A program made the translations under genes and the position numbers. 43,863 bases of DNA from a virus. Under the pieces are notes generated by a model, which saw only the letters and a program-made list of their open reading frames with translations, was not told where the DNA came from and made no database searches. The stretch is from UHGV virus genome UHGV-0209067; one strand, given 5' to 3'. This document shows positions 1 to 8,867 of this stretch, in pieces. The stretch's first letter is position 1. The number at the start of each line of letters is the position of its first letter.

Positions 1-142
1 ATGTGGTTTATCATACCGCATTCCGTTCAATTATTAACCAATTGCTGTCATCCAACTAGCAAATGTGGATGCATAATGTACTCATGCTCAACAGCCAGTA
101 CATGCTTATTCTCTTTCATCTGGCGACTGCTGATTGCGAAGC

Positions 143-667
143 TCATTGTTGGCTATTTGACTCTCTCACCGAGTCATGAATCCGCTCACACGTCATTCCA
201 GCGCGGTAGCTTTCGTCAGCTCGTCCAGCATAATATCGAGCTTCTTCTGCAAGGCGTCCGAGCATGTCGGCGAGCACTGCGGCGTCGGCTCCGGCTGTTT
301 TGCTTCTGACGGCAGCGGCAAGATCTGCGGTGTGCTTTGCGGCGTCCAGGCGGGTGGCAAGTTTTGTTGCTTCGGCGCGCAGCTGGCTAACAGTGGCAGA
401 CAAACCAGCAGCAGTAGCGGCCGATTTAGCGGCTTGTGCTTGTGCATCTCTTACAGCCTCATCACGGGCAATAATACGCCCTTGTTCAATCATGCGGGCT
501 GCGGTCTGTGCGTTCGCTGTTTGCGATGATTCTACTCTGTCACGCTCGGCCCACTTCTTTTCCCAACCGCTGCTGCTCCATACACTACCCGCGATGAATG
601 CAACGGCCACCAGCAGCGAAAAAACAATGAACTGATAGCGCAGGCTCACTGGTCTAGCCCCCAGCAC
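143..667 (-). CDS. Rz-like i-spanin (inner-membrane spanin subunit)
   Basis: 174 aa, N-terminal TM ([15 protein letters not shown]) then Ala/Gln-rich coiled-coil periplasmic domain. Last gene of the holin-endolysin-spanin cassette. Contains an embedded +1-frame lipoprotein ORF, the Rz/Rz1 architecture. Confidence 0.75.
   Translation of the reverse strand: MLGARPVSLRYQFIVFSLLVAVAFIAGSVWSSSGWEKKWAERDRVESSQTANAQTAARMIEQGRIIARDEAVRDAQAQAAKSAATAAGLSATVSQLRAEATKLATRLDAAKHTADLAAAVRSKTAGADAAVLADMLGRLAEEARYYAGRADESYRAGMTCERIHDSVRESNSQQ
193..447 (-). CDS. Rz1-like o-spanin (outer-membrane lipoprotein) embedded in Rz
   Basis: 84 aa ORF entirely inside the Rz ORF in another frame. Signal peptide with lipobox LLASC. 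Proline-rich mature region typical of Rz1. Confidence 0.65.
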   Translation of the reverse strand: MHKHKPLNRPLLLLVCLPLLASCAPKQQNLPPAWTPQSTPQILPLPSEAKQPEPTPQCSPTCSDALQKKLDIMLDELTKATALE

Positions 668-1185
668 GTCAGCGCGCTTTCCTGGTCTCGTCGTTCAACC
701 TGCCCATAGCAACCATTCTTCTGGCCTTTGGTCAGACGACAATCGCGGCCACCGTCTTTAACCCACCAGCGAATCGCCTCACATGCGCCTTTACGGTCGC
801 CAGCATTTATTCGCTTATAGAACGTAGACGGGAAACATTTCCCGGGGCCAATGTTGTAAGGGCAGAAAGAAGCGATACCAGCTTTCTGCGGCTCGGTCAG
901 CGGAACTTTTATATTTCGCTCAACCCACGCCAGTGCCTTATCACGCTCCATGGCGTTTACCTGAGCGCATTTTTCAGCAGACAGCTTCATGCCCTGAACT
1001 ACTGGCTTGCCATCAACCATCGTGGCGCCACGGCAAATGGTCCACACTCCGCCACTGTCACGATACGCCGTCAGGCTGTTACCCTCTTTTTCATCAAGAA
1101 ACTGGTCGAGAATTACTGACGCAGGCGCGCCGGCAAGCACTAACCCAAGAACGGCAGCGCTTAATTTTGTTTTTGTCGAGGCCAT
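646..1185 (-). CDS. SAR endolysin (T4-type lysozyme, GH24)
   Basis: 179 aa. N-terminal weakly hydrophobic Gly/Ala-rich SAR segment ([19 protein letters not shown]). Then an E-(8 aa)-D-(5 aa)-T catalytic arrangement ([18 protein letters not shown]) typical of T4 lysozyme/P21 R21-type muramidases. Sits between holin and Rz. Confidence 0.85.
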   Translation of the reverse strand: MASTKTKLSAAVLGLVLAGAPASVILDQFLDEKEGNSLTAYRDSGGVWTICRGATMVDGKPVVQGMKLSAEKCAQVNAMERDKALAWVERNIKVPLTEPQKAGIASFCPYNIGPGKCFPSTFYKRINAGDRKGACEAIRWWVKDGGRDCRLTKGQKNGCYGQVERRDQESALTCWGLDQ

Positions 1186-1187
1186 AG

Positions 1188-1502
1188 TTATTTTGCTACC
1201 TCACCAGAGATGCGTTTCATTGCCTCTGTCACGACCTCAGCCGCTGCTGGGCGATCTCGACCTGGTTTAACGGCCACATCAGCAAGGTACTTAGCCAATA
1301 ACTGCGTTCTTTTTTTCTCTTCATCAAGCCGTTCACGTTCTTCTTTCCGCTTCGCGTAGTAGGTCTTAATGGTGAAATAAGCCGAGATCAGAGCGCCAAG
1401 GATAAATACATAATCTTGCAAACTCAGAACAGAAAAAAAACCAAGCAGCCCTGACCACCAGTACGGCATGTTATGTCCATCGGTTGGGTTCATACGTTGC
1501 AT
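1188..1502 (-). CDS. holin (class II / pinholin-like) with dual-start motif
   Basis: 104 aa with two TM segments near the N-terminus and a charged C-terminal tail. MQRMNPTDGHNM offers alternative Met starts (holin/antiholin). Immediately upstream of the SAR endolysin. Confidence 0.6.
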   Translation of the reverse strand: MQRMNPTDGHNMPYWWSGLLGFFSVLSLQDYVFILGALISAYFTIKTYYAKRKEERERLDEEKKRTQLLAKYLADVAVKPGRDRPAAAEVVTEAMKRISGEVAK

Positions 1503-1920
1503 ATCCGCACCTCCGTAATCGGGGCGCTGTGTGTTGTAAGGGATCAGGCTATCGGGCTGTATATGCTACGGGGCAATGTAGAAGATGGAACCCGGAGCCT
1601 GATATAGAGGCGGGCTCTGCGCAAGCGCCTGTCGGATTGGGTTATGAGCCGTCCGTCAGCGAGCCCTGAATATGTTGAAGCACCGGTAAATACCGAGGCT
1701 CGTTAATCGTTGCCGCTGTGAGTGTCGCGGCGCACTGTCTCTTTGTCGGGCTACTGATGCGTTAAACCGGGCGCCAGCCGTAACTAAGTGATGCTTTAAG
1801 CTTCCTCTCCCTCACTACGTCGCCATGGGAGCCCGACCAGATTAACGCTGTCGTCACGTTGCCAAAATATGGCATCCAATGCGGTCTTTCCGTTTAGCTA
1901 TTTCATTTTTCCATCCTCCA

Positions 1921-1948
1921 GAAACGACAAAACCCGCTTGATGGCGGG
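1921..1948 (-). terminator. tR'-like intrinsic terminator between the Q-dependent late promoter region and the holin
   Basis: Minus strand reads ACCCGCCATCAAGCGGGT followed by TTTGTCGTTT. Lies ~450 nt upstream of the holin and just downstream of the Q gene end, the classic lambdoid late-leader layout. Confidence 0.5.
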
Positions 1949-2000
1949 TTATTAATTTTTATCTATCGCTGCGGGTGTAGCTTCGCGAGCATAGCTGAAT

Positions 2001-2579
2001 TCAAGCAATCCCCGCGCAACTTTGCAACCGGAATCGATCAGCTTTTTTATCGAATACATCACACATCGGTAAGTACAGCATTGCTTCTGCCATCTGCAAC
2101 CAGACATCAATTCGGCTTTCGCAGGTACGTAGGCACCATTCCGGGTGACGGGTATTCAGTTCTCTTGCCATAGCCTTCTTACTCATACGATCCTTGTACC
2201 GATCAACTACTAATTTAAAAAGACGCTGATGACCTGTCCGGACCAATATTTCACCGATCACAGCATCCATTAAGAGGCCTTCTTCATCGGTACAGAATGC
2301 AAGGTTGCTTTTTTCTTTTCCGGAAAGCATGTCCAGAAAATATGACATCAGTTCACTGTGATCCAGACCCGATGATTTGAGATGCTTCAATACCTGTTGA
2401 ATGGCAGTTTTACTGACTTTTTTTGACGCGAGAAGGTTATTAAACATATGTCCACCAGACCCGGAGCCAATATATGACCATCGGCCCCACATACGAAGTT
2501 TTCCCTGAATCCAGACTGACTCGAGGGTGTTTAATCGCAGCATTTCACCACCCTTTCCTGTCGTTGATGGGTTAATCAT
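2001..2579 (-). CDS. late-gene antiterminator Q-like protein
   Basis: 192 aa. Lies immediately upstream of the late leader/terminator and lysis cassette and downstream of nin-like genes. WG..W/SG-rich N-terminal half resembles the Phage_antitermQ family found in Salmonella/E. coli lambdoid prophages. Confidence 0.65.
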   Translation of the reverse strand: MINPSTTGKGGEMLRLNTLESVWIQGKLRMWGRWSYIGSGSGGHMFNNLLASKKVSKTAIQQVLKHLKSSGLDHSELMSYFLDMLSGKEKSNLAFCTDEEGLLMDAVIGEILVRTGHQRLFKLVVDRYKDRMSKKAMARELNTRHPEWCLRTCESRIDVWLQMAEAMLYLPMCDVFDKKADRFRLQSCAGIA

Positions 2580-2869
2580 ATAAACGCCTCCTCTCTCCAG
2601 ATTTGTTGGGTACGGAAAACACCTTCGGCGTGATATAGCCTCAGAGTGTCCTGATCAATATCGGTTTTCACACGGCCATCAATTACGTCATGGCAACAGT
2701 TGCAGGCAATTGCGCCTTGCATGTCATGTGGTTTGATTCCCATCCCGCAGGTGTCACTCATGCGATAATGGGCAAGAACGCTGGTTTCTGGATTAAAATT
2801 GCAGATACCTGGAATGCGCACAGTACACATGCGACCGCGCGCCTGTTTGGTAAGATCGACTTTCTTCAT
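2576..2869 (-). CDS. YbcO-like protein (DUF1364, putative Zn-binding nuclease of nin region)
   Basis: Core ARGRMCTVRIPGICNFNPETSVLAHYRMSDTCGMGIKPHDMQGAIACNCCHDVIDGR aligns with E. coli DLP12 YbcO (AARGRECQVRIPGVCNGNPETSVLAHIRL...ACSACHDEIDRR). Likely start is MKKVDL at 2869, overlapping the upstream stop as ATGA. Confidence 0.7.
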   Translation of the reverse strand: MKKVDLTKQARGRMCTVRIPGICNFNPETSVLAHYRMSDTCGMGIKPHDMQGAIACNCCHDVIDGRVKTDIDQDTLRLYHAEGVFRTQQIWREEAFI

Positions 2870-3462
2870 GCGGCGTAACTGAATAATTGTGAGGCGGCGT
2901 TTTCTGCAGCCTGCTGGGTGGGAAATGTGCGGAACAAAATATAATTCCATAGCACATCAAGTACGGATTTATAGAGTTGGGAAAACTCGAGATCGTCCAT
3001 TTTGGCAAACGATATGGATTTGGGTTCGTTGCGGGTCGTACCGTCAGGCATTTCGTATTGAGTATAAAAACCCGCCTCAATAGTTACCCAGGCGCGAAAG
3101 GCTTCAAAGGATTTTACAGCGCTGATATTACCGGCGCGTTTTTCTGCCTCTTCACGCAGATACTGATCAGCCAGCTCCTGGAGTGTTTCTTCATGACCAG
3201 CATAATGGGCCACCAGCTGCACATACCCACGAACCAGTTTTTTATCTGCCGGGGATATTGCACCACCCGACGGTTGCCAGTAATCGAATCCCAGATTCAG
3301 GAGTGCAAAAAATTTTCGGTGAAATGCCGCATTACGTGCCTGTTTAAAGTCAGCATATAAAACAGCACCAAGACGGAATTTTTTCTCGATAAATTCCCGT
3401 GCGTCAGGCGTCGCCGGTATTAATACCCCGCCTGCTGATTTTACAAATGAATACTGCGCCAT
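2866..3462 (-). CDS. conserved nin-region phage protein (possibly DUF1367/YbcN-like)
   Basis: 198 aa ORF translationally coupled (ATGA) to the ybcO-like gene. Position matches nin-region genes of lambdoid prophages. Family assignment from memory only. Confidence 0.45.
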   Translation of the reverse strand: MAQYSFVKSAGGVLIPATPDAREFIEKKFRLGAVLYADFKQARNAAFHRKFFALLNLGFDYWQPSGGAISPADKKLVRGYVQLVAHYAGHEETLQELADQYLREEAEKRAGNISAVKSFEAFRAWVTIEAGFYTQYEMPDGTTRNEPKSISFAKMDDLEFSQLYKSVLDVLWNYILFRTFPTQQAAENAASQLFSYAA

Positions 3463-3529
3463 TGGTTTCCCCTTTAGCGCAGCAATTGCTCAGAAATACT
3501 GGTGCCGGGTGTTCAGTCCGGTACCATAA

Positions 3530-3754
3530 TTATATCTTAGTTTTGCCTCTTTGAACAACGACACAACCTGCTTGTTCTGCCAGTTCTAACAAAGACTTAA
3601 GCGATGCTACATGCTCATCATCGTAGATGTTTCTGAGTGCTGTCACCTTACCATTCTTGCAGGTTATGAGAACGCGACCGTTATCGGGGAGATGTTCCCC
3701 TACCTCCGTCTTTTTGAACACGTTCCCTCCCTCACAAGTATACTGTATAAACAT
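3530..3754 (-). CDS. small protein under a LexA box (candidate SOS-induced antirepressor); true start possibly GTG at 3724
   Basis: 74 aa ORF whose annotated ATG lies inside a consensus LexA box. An in-frame GTG 30 nt downstream is preceded by GAGGGAGGG, which would place the LexA box between the -10 and the RBS. No recognisable domain. Confidence 0.4.
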   Translation of the reverse strand: MFIQYTCEGGNVFKKTEVGEHLPDNGRVLITCKNGKVTALRNIYDDEHVASLKSLLELAEQAGCVVVQRGKTKI

Positions 3755-3760
3755 ACAGTA
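3741..3760. promoter_or_regulatory. LexA (SOS) box TACTGTATAAACATACAGTA
   Basis: Perfect CTGT-N8-ACAG with AT-rich spacer, flanked by TA/TA. Sits in the intergenic region just downstream of the methylase-operon terminator and at the 5' end of the small minus-strand gene. Confidence 0.7.
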
Positions 3761-3851
3761 TATATACTCCCAAGTGGCAGTAAGTGCAAACGTTTAAAGG
3801 CACAAAACGTTAAAAAATCAAGGCTGGTTAATTTGTACCCATCTGTTTAAT

Positions 3852-3879
3852 AAAGAAAAACCGCCATTATCTGGCGGTT
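3852..3879 (-). terminator. intrinsic terminator ending the methylase operon
   Basis: Minus strand reads CCGCCAGATAATGGCGG followed by TTTTTCTTT (6-bp GC stem, 5-nt loop, U-tract) directly after the 3910..4248 gene. Confidence 0.6.
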
Positions 3880-3909
3880 CTCTTTCTGGCTTTTGGTTCT
3901 CGTGACATG

Positions 3910-4248
3910 TCACATTGTCAGTTTCACCGCATGCCATCCGTGTGTAACCCAGCACTGAGAATCACCTGCGCACGGGCATGATTTAACCGGGAGCGCATCC
4001 CCGCATTTACCGCAGCGGTTCGCGCTGATTGATTTGATATGCCACTTTACACGCGCATCATCCTGGCGAATGAGAAGCGCGATGTATTCACCCATTTCAT
4101 AGGGTGCGCGGCCCGGTCGACGATCTGCGCAGTTTCGGACAAGCATTTCCATTTCCTGCGCATCCAGCACCAGTTCAAGTTTCCGCTCACCAGCGGCAGA
4201 CTGTCTGGCACGCTGTGCTGCTTTACGCTCTGCTGCTGATTTTGCCAT
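3910..4248 (-). CDS. hypothetical Cys-rich protein, translationally coupled to the C5-methyltransferase
   Basis: ORF track 3910..4272. Probable start MAKSAAERK at 4248, overlapping the methylase stop as TAATG. C-terminal CGKCG...CPCAG...C cluster suggests a Zn-binding module. Confidence 0.45.
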   Translation of the reverse strand: MAKSAAERKAAQRARQSAAGERKLELVLDAQEMEMLVRNCADRRPGRAPYEMGEYIALLIRQDDARVKWHIKSISANRCGKCGDALPVKSCPCAGDSQCWVTHGWHAVKLTM

Positions 4249-6224
4249 TACGCGGCCTCCCTGCTTACACATAATTCAGGCAAATTAGCCCTCACCAGTG
4301 CCTCTGCAAACGGTGGCGGAACAGCGTTGCCACAACGAGCTACCTGCTTGTCCTTCGCGTACTTCTTACCCCGATAGTCCTGGTCGATGATGTACCACTC
4401 AGGGAAGCCCTGCGCGCGGTAAAGTTCATGCGGTTGCAGCATGCGCATGCCAATATCAACGATGCGGTAAGTTATGCCATCAACTGTCACCAGTCCGTCG
4501 CAATCCTCGCCACAGTATTCCTGCAGGAATGCCAGCGTCTGCTGTGCGCGGTACTCGTCATACCCGTCAGCTGCCAATGTGGTTTTTACCTCCCCTACGT
4601 GCTGACCACCAGCGGTGATCGTTGGCATGGGTTCGTCTGTGCGCTGCCCGTCCCGGCATGTACCGCGCAACTTCACCAGGTGTGAGGCAACAACTGCATG
4701 GTGATCAACGGTGGTGACCGAGTGTGCTGGTTCGTCCAACCCGACGCCCGGCCCGGAGTAATTCCCGCCGTAATGCTTCGCCAGGAATGCGCTCACCGTC
4801 GCGAACTTATTGCCGCCAGCAGTAACGGTACCCAGCGGATTGTCCAATTGCAGCACGCGCGGTTCCTGCCCGGGGCGTTCGCCATATCCCATCTGAATCA
4901 ACGTCGGCGTTACCAGTTGCGATTTGCCGCCACCGCCCGCGGTGATAGTCGCGCTTGGCTCGTCGGCCCGGTGGCCGACGCTGGCCCCGAACTGGCGGGC
5001 TATCACTGGCGCAACAAGACATGCGCGGGATTGTTTCAGAATTGTGTGTGCAGGTTTATCCAGCGGGCGTGGTTTAGCCTGGTATTCACTACCACCATTA
5101 CCCGCCAGAAATGGTGTCAGCGCGGCCTCAACAATCCCGAGCGCATGCCCATTCCCGCCTGGGTGTTTTGACGTGCCAGCGGTTACCGTCGGTACCGGTT
5201 CGGTAACGGGCTGGCCGGTTGCACCAGTGCGAAACTTTGTCAGGTGAGGAACGGCTAACGCGTAGCCGTGGGTTTTGGTAATGGTTTGCAAAGGCTCGCC
5301 CAACGCCTGACCACGGAAACAGTCGTAGCTCGTTTTGGTGCTGGTGTGATTGCATTTCACGATGAACGGCGACGCACTGTCGATAACAAAGCGCTGTATG
5401 CCGCGCGCGATCCGCTTCAGGGTATTTTCTGCCAGCTGTTTTTTGCGGTCGAATATCGACGGCGCCGGAATTGTCCAGTCTATACACTCAGCAGCCGTGC
5501 GCCACGGCGCCAGTCTGCCCGACTGAACCGCCGCAGATTTAGGATCCCCATGCGTTGGTTCCGGCCATACAATAGGCTTCCCATCACGGCGCATAACCAT
5601 GAAGAAACGCTTTCTGATTGTCGGTGCGCCGTAGTCACAGGCGCGCAGTTCGCGATACTCGACTACATAGCCCAGGCCTTTTACCAGCCGCGCGGCGTCT
5701 TCGCTATCAAGCGAAATATTCAAAAACTCGCAGCATTCCTCCAGCGCCGGATGGTTCGCCGGGATGCCGGTTGTCAGCATGCCAATAAACGCTTCAAAAG
5801 TTTCGCCCGCGCGGGCTGGGTCAGGTCGCATTTCTCCAGCCAGTAACGGCCCCCACGTTTTAAACTCTTCGACGTTCTCCAGTTTCATTACCCGCGGCTC
5901 AACATCCAGCCCCCAGCGTAATACTACCCAGGCCAGTCCGCGGATCGCTTTCTCAACGGGTTTAGCGCCTTTAGCTTTAGAAAAGTGGCGGCAATCTGGA
6001 GAAAACCACGCCAGCGCCACCGGACGTCCTGCGGTAGCTACCTTTGGTCGAACCTCATACACAGACTCGCAGTAGTGCAACGTATCAGGGTGGTTCGTTG
6101 TATGCATCGCCACGGCGTTCTCGTCGTGGTTAATAGCAATATCAACGCTGCGACCGATCGCCATTTCAATACCGGTTGACGCACCGCCACCACCGGCAAA
6201 ATTATCAACGATGATTTCTCTCAC
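4248..6224 (-). CDS. DNA (cytosine-5) methyltransferase
   Basis: Motif I IVDNFAGGGGASTG (FxGxG), ENV motif (LENVEEF), motif VIII-like TIRKRFFMV, long variable TRD. ORF track gives 4248..6299. A GTG at 6224 overlaps the upstream small-ORF stop (GTGA), suggesting the coupled start. Confidence 0.7.
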   Translation of the reverse strand: MREIIVDNFAGGGGASTGIEMAIGRSVDIAINHDENAVAMHTTNHPDTLHYCESVYEVRPKVATAGRPVALAWFSPDCRHFSKAKGAKPVEKAIRGLAWVVLRWGLDVEPRVMKLENVEEFKTWGPLLAGEMRPDPARAGETFEAFIGMLTTGIPANHPALEECCEFLNISLDSEDAARLVKGLGYVVEYRELRACDYGAPTIRKRFFMVMRRDGKPIVWPEPTHGDPKSAAVQSGRLAPWRTAAECIDWTIPAPSIFDRKKQLAENTLKRIARGIQRFVIDSASPFIVKCNHTSTKTSYDCFRGQALGEPLQTITKTHGYALAVPHLTKFRTGATGQPVTEPVPTVTAGTSKHPGGNGHALGIVEAALTPFLAGNGGSEYQAKPRPLDKPAHTILKQSRACLVAPVIARQFGASVGHRADEPSATITAGGGGKSQLVTPTLIQMGYGERPGQEPRVLQLDNPLGTVTAGGNKFATVSAFLAKHYGGNYSGPGVGLDEPAHSVTTVDHHAVVASHLVKLRGTCRDGQRTDEPMPTITAGGQHVGEVKTTLAADGYDEYRAQQTLAFLQEYCGEDCDGLVTVDGITYRIVDIGMRMLQPHELYRAQGFPEWYIIDQDYRGKKYAKDKQVARCGNAVPPPFAEALVRANLPELCVSREAA

Positions 6225-6493
6225 GCGTATTTCTCCATAGCGGTAGCCAGCGAACATGCTGCGATGATGATGGCCGGAACCGGCATTTTCTCCAGCCACA
6301 TACGGTTGATGTGATGTTTCAGTCGGCGCTGGTGATGTGCCGGGAGATCCCCGGCGTTTTTAACCTGAGAAAAAACCATTTTCACTTCCACTGGCCAAAC
6401 CGTTTCAGAAATATTAGGAAGAAGTAAGGTTTCCAACTCAACAATCCGACGATATGCATAACCCAATAAAGCGCCCTGTAGCTCAGCGTTCAT
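6221..6493 (-). CDS. small hypothetical protein between the two methyltransferases
   Basis: 90 aa ORF with ATGA overlap to the upstream N6A-MTase and GTGA overlap to the downstream C5-MTase. No recognisable domain. Confidence 0.4.
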   Translation of the reverse strand: MNAELQGALLGYAYRRIVELETLLLPNISETVWPVEVKMVFSQVKNAGDLPAHHQRRLKHHINRMWLEKMPVPAIIIAACSLATAMEKYA

Positions 6494-7623
6494 AGTGCCT
6501 CCGCTTTTTCATTTGCATATTTTTTTAACGAGAAAGCCAACCTCGCAGATGCAATGGTTACATAGTCGGGATCAAGGTCGATGCCTACAAAATTGAACCC
6601 CTCTTCAATCGCAGCACGTCCGGTGCTTCCGCTACCCATCCACGGATCCAACACAGTACCGCCAGGCTGAGTGATGAGCCTGCAGAGATATTTCATCAGA
6701 GCTATTGGTTTAACTGTCGGGTGATTATTTTTCGCGCCCTTCGTACGGCCAGCACCGGCGCGCGGATCATTAATACCCGCGCTTCCCTCTTTACGCCCTC
6801 CGGTCATATCACTGGCAGATGTCGCTATAAAACGCTCAAGCCCCTCATCACGTTCGCTCGGTTTTACTTTGGCACAGTAAAAGAATCTGGCGGCACTCCC
6901 TTTGTCGCCGTGGTGAACAGTAGCGACACGCTGACGCATACCAAGAACTTGCCCCGTAGAGGCCGCAGAGGGTTCATTACCTGTTACCGGCGCAGCAGCA
7001 CCAGCATTAGCAGGGAAACAGGCAATCACATCATCACTGCCATCATGGATAATGTTCGCTGGCCAACGGCCTCCCGCAGATTGTTCATAGTCTGCGGCTG
7101 GATCTGTTCCGTCGCGTTGATGAGAAAGCAAACAACCAGAACCACCAGATAATTGCTCTCCGGTTGGAATGCGGCAGGCGTTGATATTAAGTGCGCCGGT
7201 ACCATGCGCTACCATGTTTTCTGCAACCGTCGTTTTAAATGGCTTGCGAGCCATTAAGATTGGTTCATGTGCTGGTTTAAGTGCAGTCCCCCAGCCGTCC
7301 CATTGGCCATCTAGATTATGTGACTTAGGGAAACCACTACCGTAAATCCAAAGAATTTGGTCACGAATTTCGAAACCAGCATCCTCGGCATTTACAACCA
7401 GGCGGTGATAGGTTCGAGACCCACCAAACGCCAGAAGATGACCGCCGGGCTTCAATACACGCAAACATTCCTGCCACTGCTCTACGGATGGAACGTCGTA
7501 ATCCCATTTATGATTTTGAAATGAGAGCCCATAAGGTGGATCAGTAACAATCGAATCGACTGAATTGTCAGGTATTGACTTAAGCACCACCTCACAACGC
7601 CCCACATGCAACTGGTACGTCAT
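6490..7623 (-). CDS. DNA N6-adenine (or N4-cytosine) methyltransferase, beta-class (N6_N4_Mtase)
   Basis: N-terminal DPPY catalytic motif (IVTDPPYGL). C-terminal AdoMet motif LDPWMGSGSTG after HPTVKP. The motif order IV then I defines beta-class amino-MTases. Confidence 0.8.
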   Translation of the reverse strand: MTYQLHVGRCEVVLKSIPDNSVDSIVTDPPYGLSFQNHKWDYDVPSVEQWQECLRVLKPGGHLLAFGGSRTYHRLVVNAEDAGFEIRDQILWIYGSGFPKSHNLDGQWDGWGTALKPAHEPILMARKPFKTTVAENMVAHGTGALNINACRIPTGEQLSGGSGCLLSHQRDGTDPAADYEQSAGGRWPANIIHDGSDDVIACFPANAGAAAPVTGNEPSAASTGQVLGMRQRVATVHHGDKGSAARFFYCAKVKPSERDEGLERFIATSASDMTGGRKEGSAGINDPRAGAGRTKGAKNNHPTVKPIALMKYLCRLITQPGGTVLDPWMGSGSTGRAAIEEGFNFVGIDLDPDYVTIASARLAFSLKKYANEKAEAL

Positions 7624-7904
7624 GGTCTCGCCCCCTCAAGCGTCACTGCAATTTCTTCAAAAAATCTTTCCCGGGTATGGCTAGTCATTGCCGGTACAAA
7701 CGCGCTCATTAGCCTTGACTGGTCACAGTTTTCATCATCAACGAATAGGATTATTTTTTTATCGAGGCGTGTTTTTGCTTCCTGCAATTGCTCATTTTTG
7801 CTGGCTCGCTGGATGTAATCAGCAATAATTACAATGGCTTTATTTGTATATTTTTTGGTGAACTCAGTCATGAGATCCCCCGCATCTTCCAGTTGTTTAT
7901 CCAC
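7620..7904 (-). CDS. hypothetical phage protein
   Basis: 94 aa ORF, ATGA-coupled to the N6A-MTase. No recognisable domain. Confidence 0.4.
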   Translation of the reverse strand: MDKQLEDAGDLMTEFTKKYTNKAIVIIADYIQRASKNEQLQEAKTRLDKKIILFVDDENCDQSRLMSAFVPAMTSHTRERFFEEIAVTLEGARP

Positions 7905-8145
7905 CTGATCCCCCTTCGTGCTGCTGCCGCCAATAATTTAAACGTTGTCTGAAAAACTCCCGATAACTCTCCGGCGTCGCGTCAATGTGCTGAATAACAG
8001 TCTGGCGAGTAACTTTACGCTCATAGAGCTGACGAACGAGCGCAGCGGCGCGCATGTCGTAATGCTCTTTGAGTTGGCACTCTTGTGGCCACTTCGCACG
8101 ATTGAGCGGGAGACCGGGCGGGAGGTAATCCGATTGCCCGGCCAT
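7897..8145 (-). CDS. hypothetical phage protein (nin-region)
   Basis: 82 aa ORF in the operon. No recognisable domain. Confidence 0.4.
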   Translation of the reverse strand: MAGQSDYLPPGLPLNRAKWPQECQLKEHYDMRAAALVRQLYERKVTRQTVIQHIDATPESYREFFRQRLNYWRQQHEGGSGG

Positions 8146-8148
8146 GCC

Positions 8149-8829
8149 TTAAGCCCTCATGTTTTTCTCTGAGTGAACGTAGAAACGTGGATCAACGCTT
8201 TTCAGCGTGAAGTGTGTAACGGGCATATCGTCATGCCGTTCGATGCCAACAAAGTTCGACATGCAAAGCGCAAAGACGCGTTTCTGGAGCTGATCCAGGG
8301 TAATTTTGATGTCCGGGTAATATTTTTTAATCGATGACATAATCCCCTGATATGAGAGCGTTTTACCCTTCATAATCGCCACGAGGTATTCCGCCGGCAG
8401 TTCGCTGGATTTTTGGGGTAATTGGGATTCAGTAGGATTCTCAATGGGTTTTATGGTATCCAGCAGCAAACGACAGCGGCTGGTAATACCTACCCTATAG
8501 CCCGTTTTTTTGTCGTAATTCTCTTTGCTTCCGGAAGTCCATACAGTTGCCGTTTCGCGGAGTTTTACGGTCTTCTCTCCACCTGAATAAATAACGGTTC
8601 CGGTATGCGTCTTACTGAAACACCGTGGGTTGGTTTCAACAGGTTTTGATTTTTTATTTTTTGGGGCCGCGCGAGCAGTTAATCCCGGAACAGGAACCGG
8701 ACGCGGGCAAGGTACATAAACCGAACGGCTGCGAGCCCTGGCACCTGCGTTCATCCGCCAGATGATTACGTTCGTCCAGTCACAGGCATCGTCAACTGTC
8801 GCTACTTTAGGATAAATTAAATCGGTCAT
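8149..8829 (-). CDS. hypothetical phage protein; start set at the conserved GAGGAAAGACCAATG initiation motif
   Basis: ORF track 8149..8853. The minus strand at 8827-8841 reads GAGGAAAGACCAATG, the same 15-mer that precedes four plus-strand starts, so MTDLIYPK at 8829 is the likely start. Confidence 0.5.
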   Translation of the reverse strand: MTDLIYPKVATVDDACDWTNVIIWRMNAGARARSRSVYVPCPRPVPVPGLTARAAPKNKKSKPVETNPRCFSKTHTGTVIYSGGEKTVKLRETATVWTSGSKENYDKKTGYRVGITSRCRLLLDTIKPIENPTESQLPQKSSELPAEYLVAIMKGKTLSYQGIMSSIKKYYPDIKITLDQLQKRVFALCMSNFVGIERHDDMPVTHFTLKSVDPRFYVHSEKNMRA

Positions 8830-8867
8830 TGGTCTTTCCTCATTGTATTTCACGCTGGTCAGGCGTT

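Noticed and set aside
1-309. Plus-strand 102-aa ORF at the window start
   Set aside because: It overlaps the Rz/Rz1 genes on the opposite strand, has no RBS, and has a Cys-rich odd composition. It is most likely a shadow ORF.
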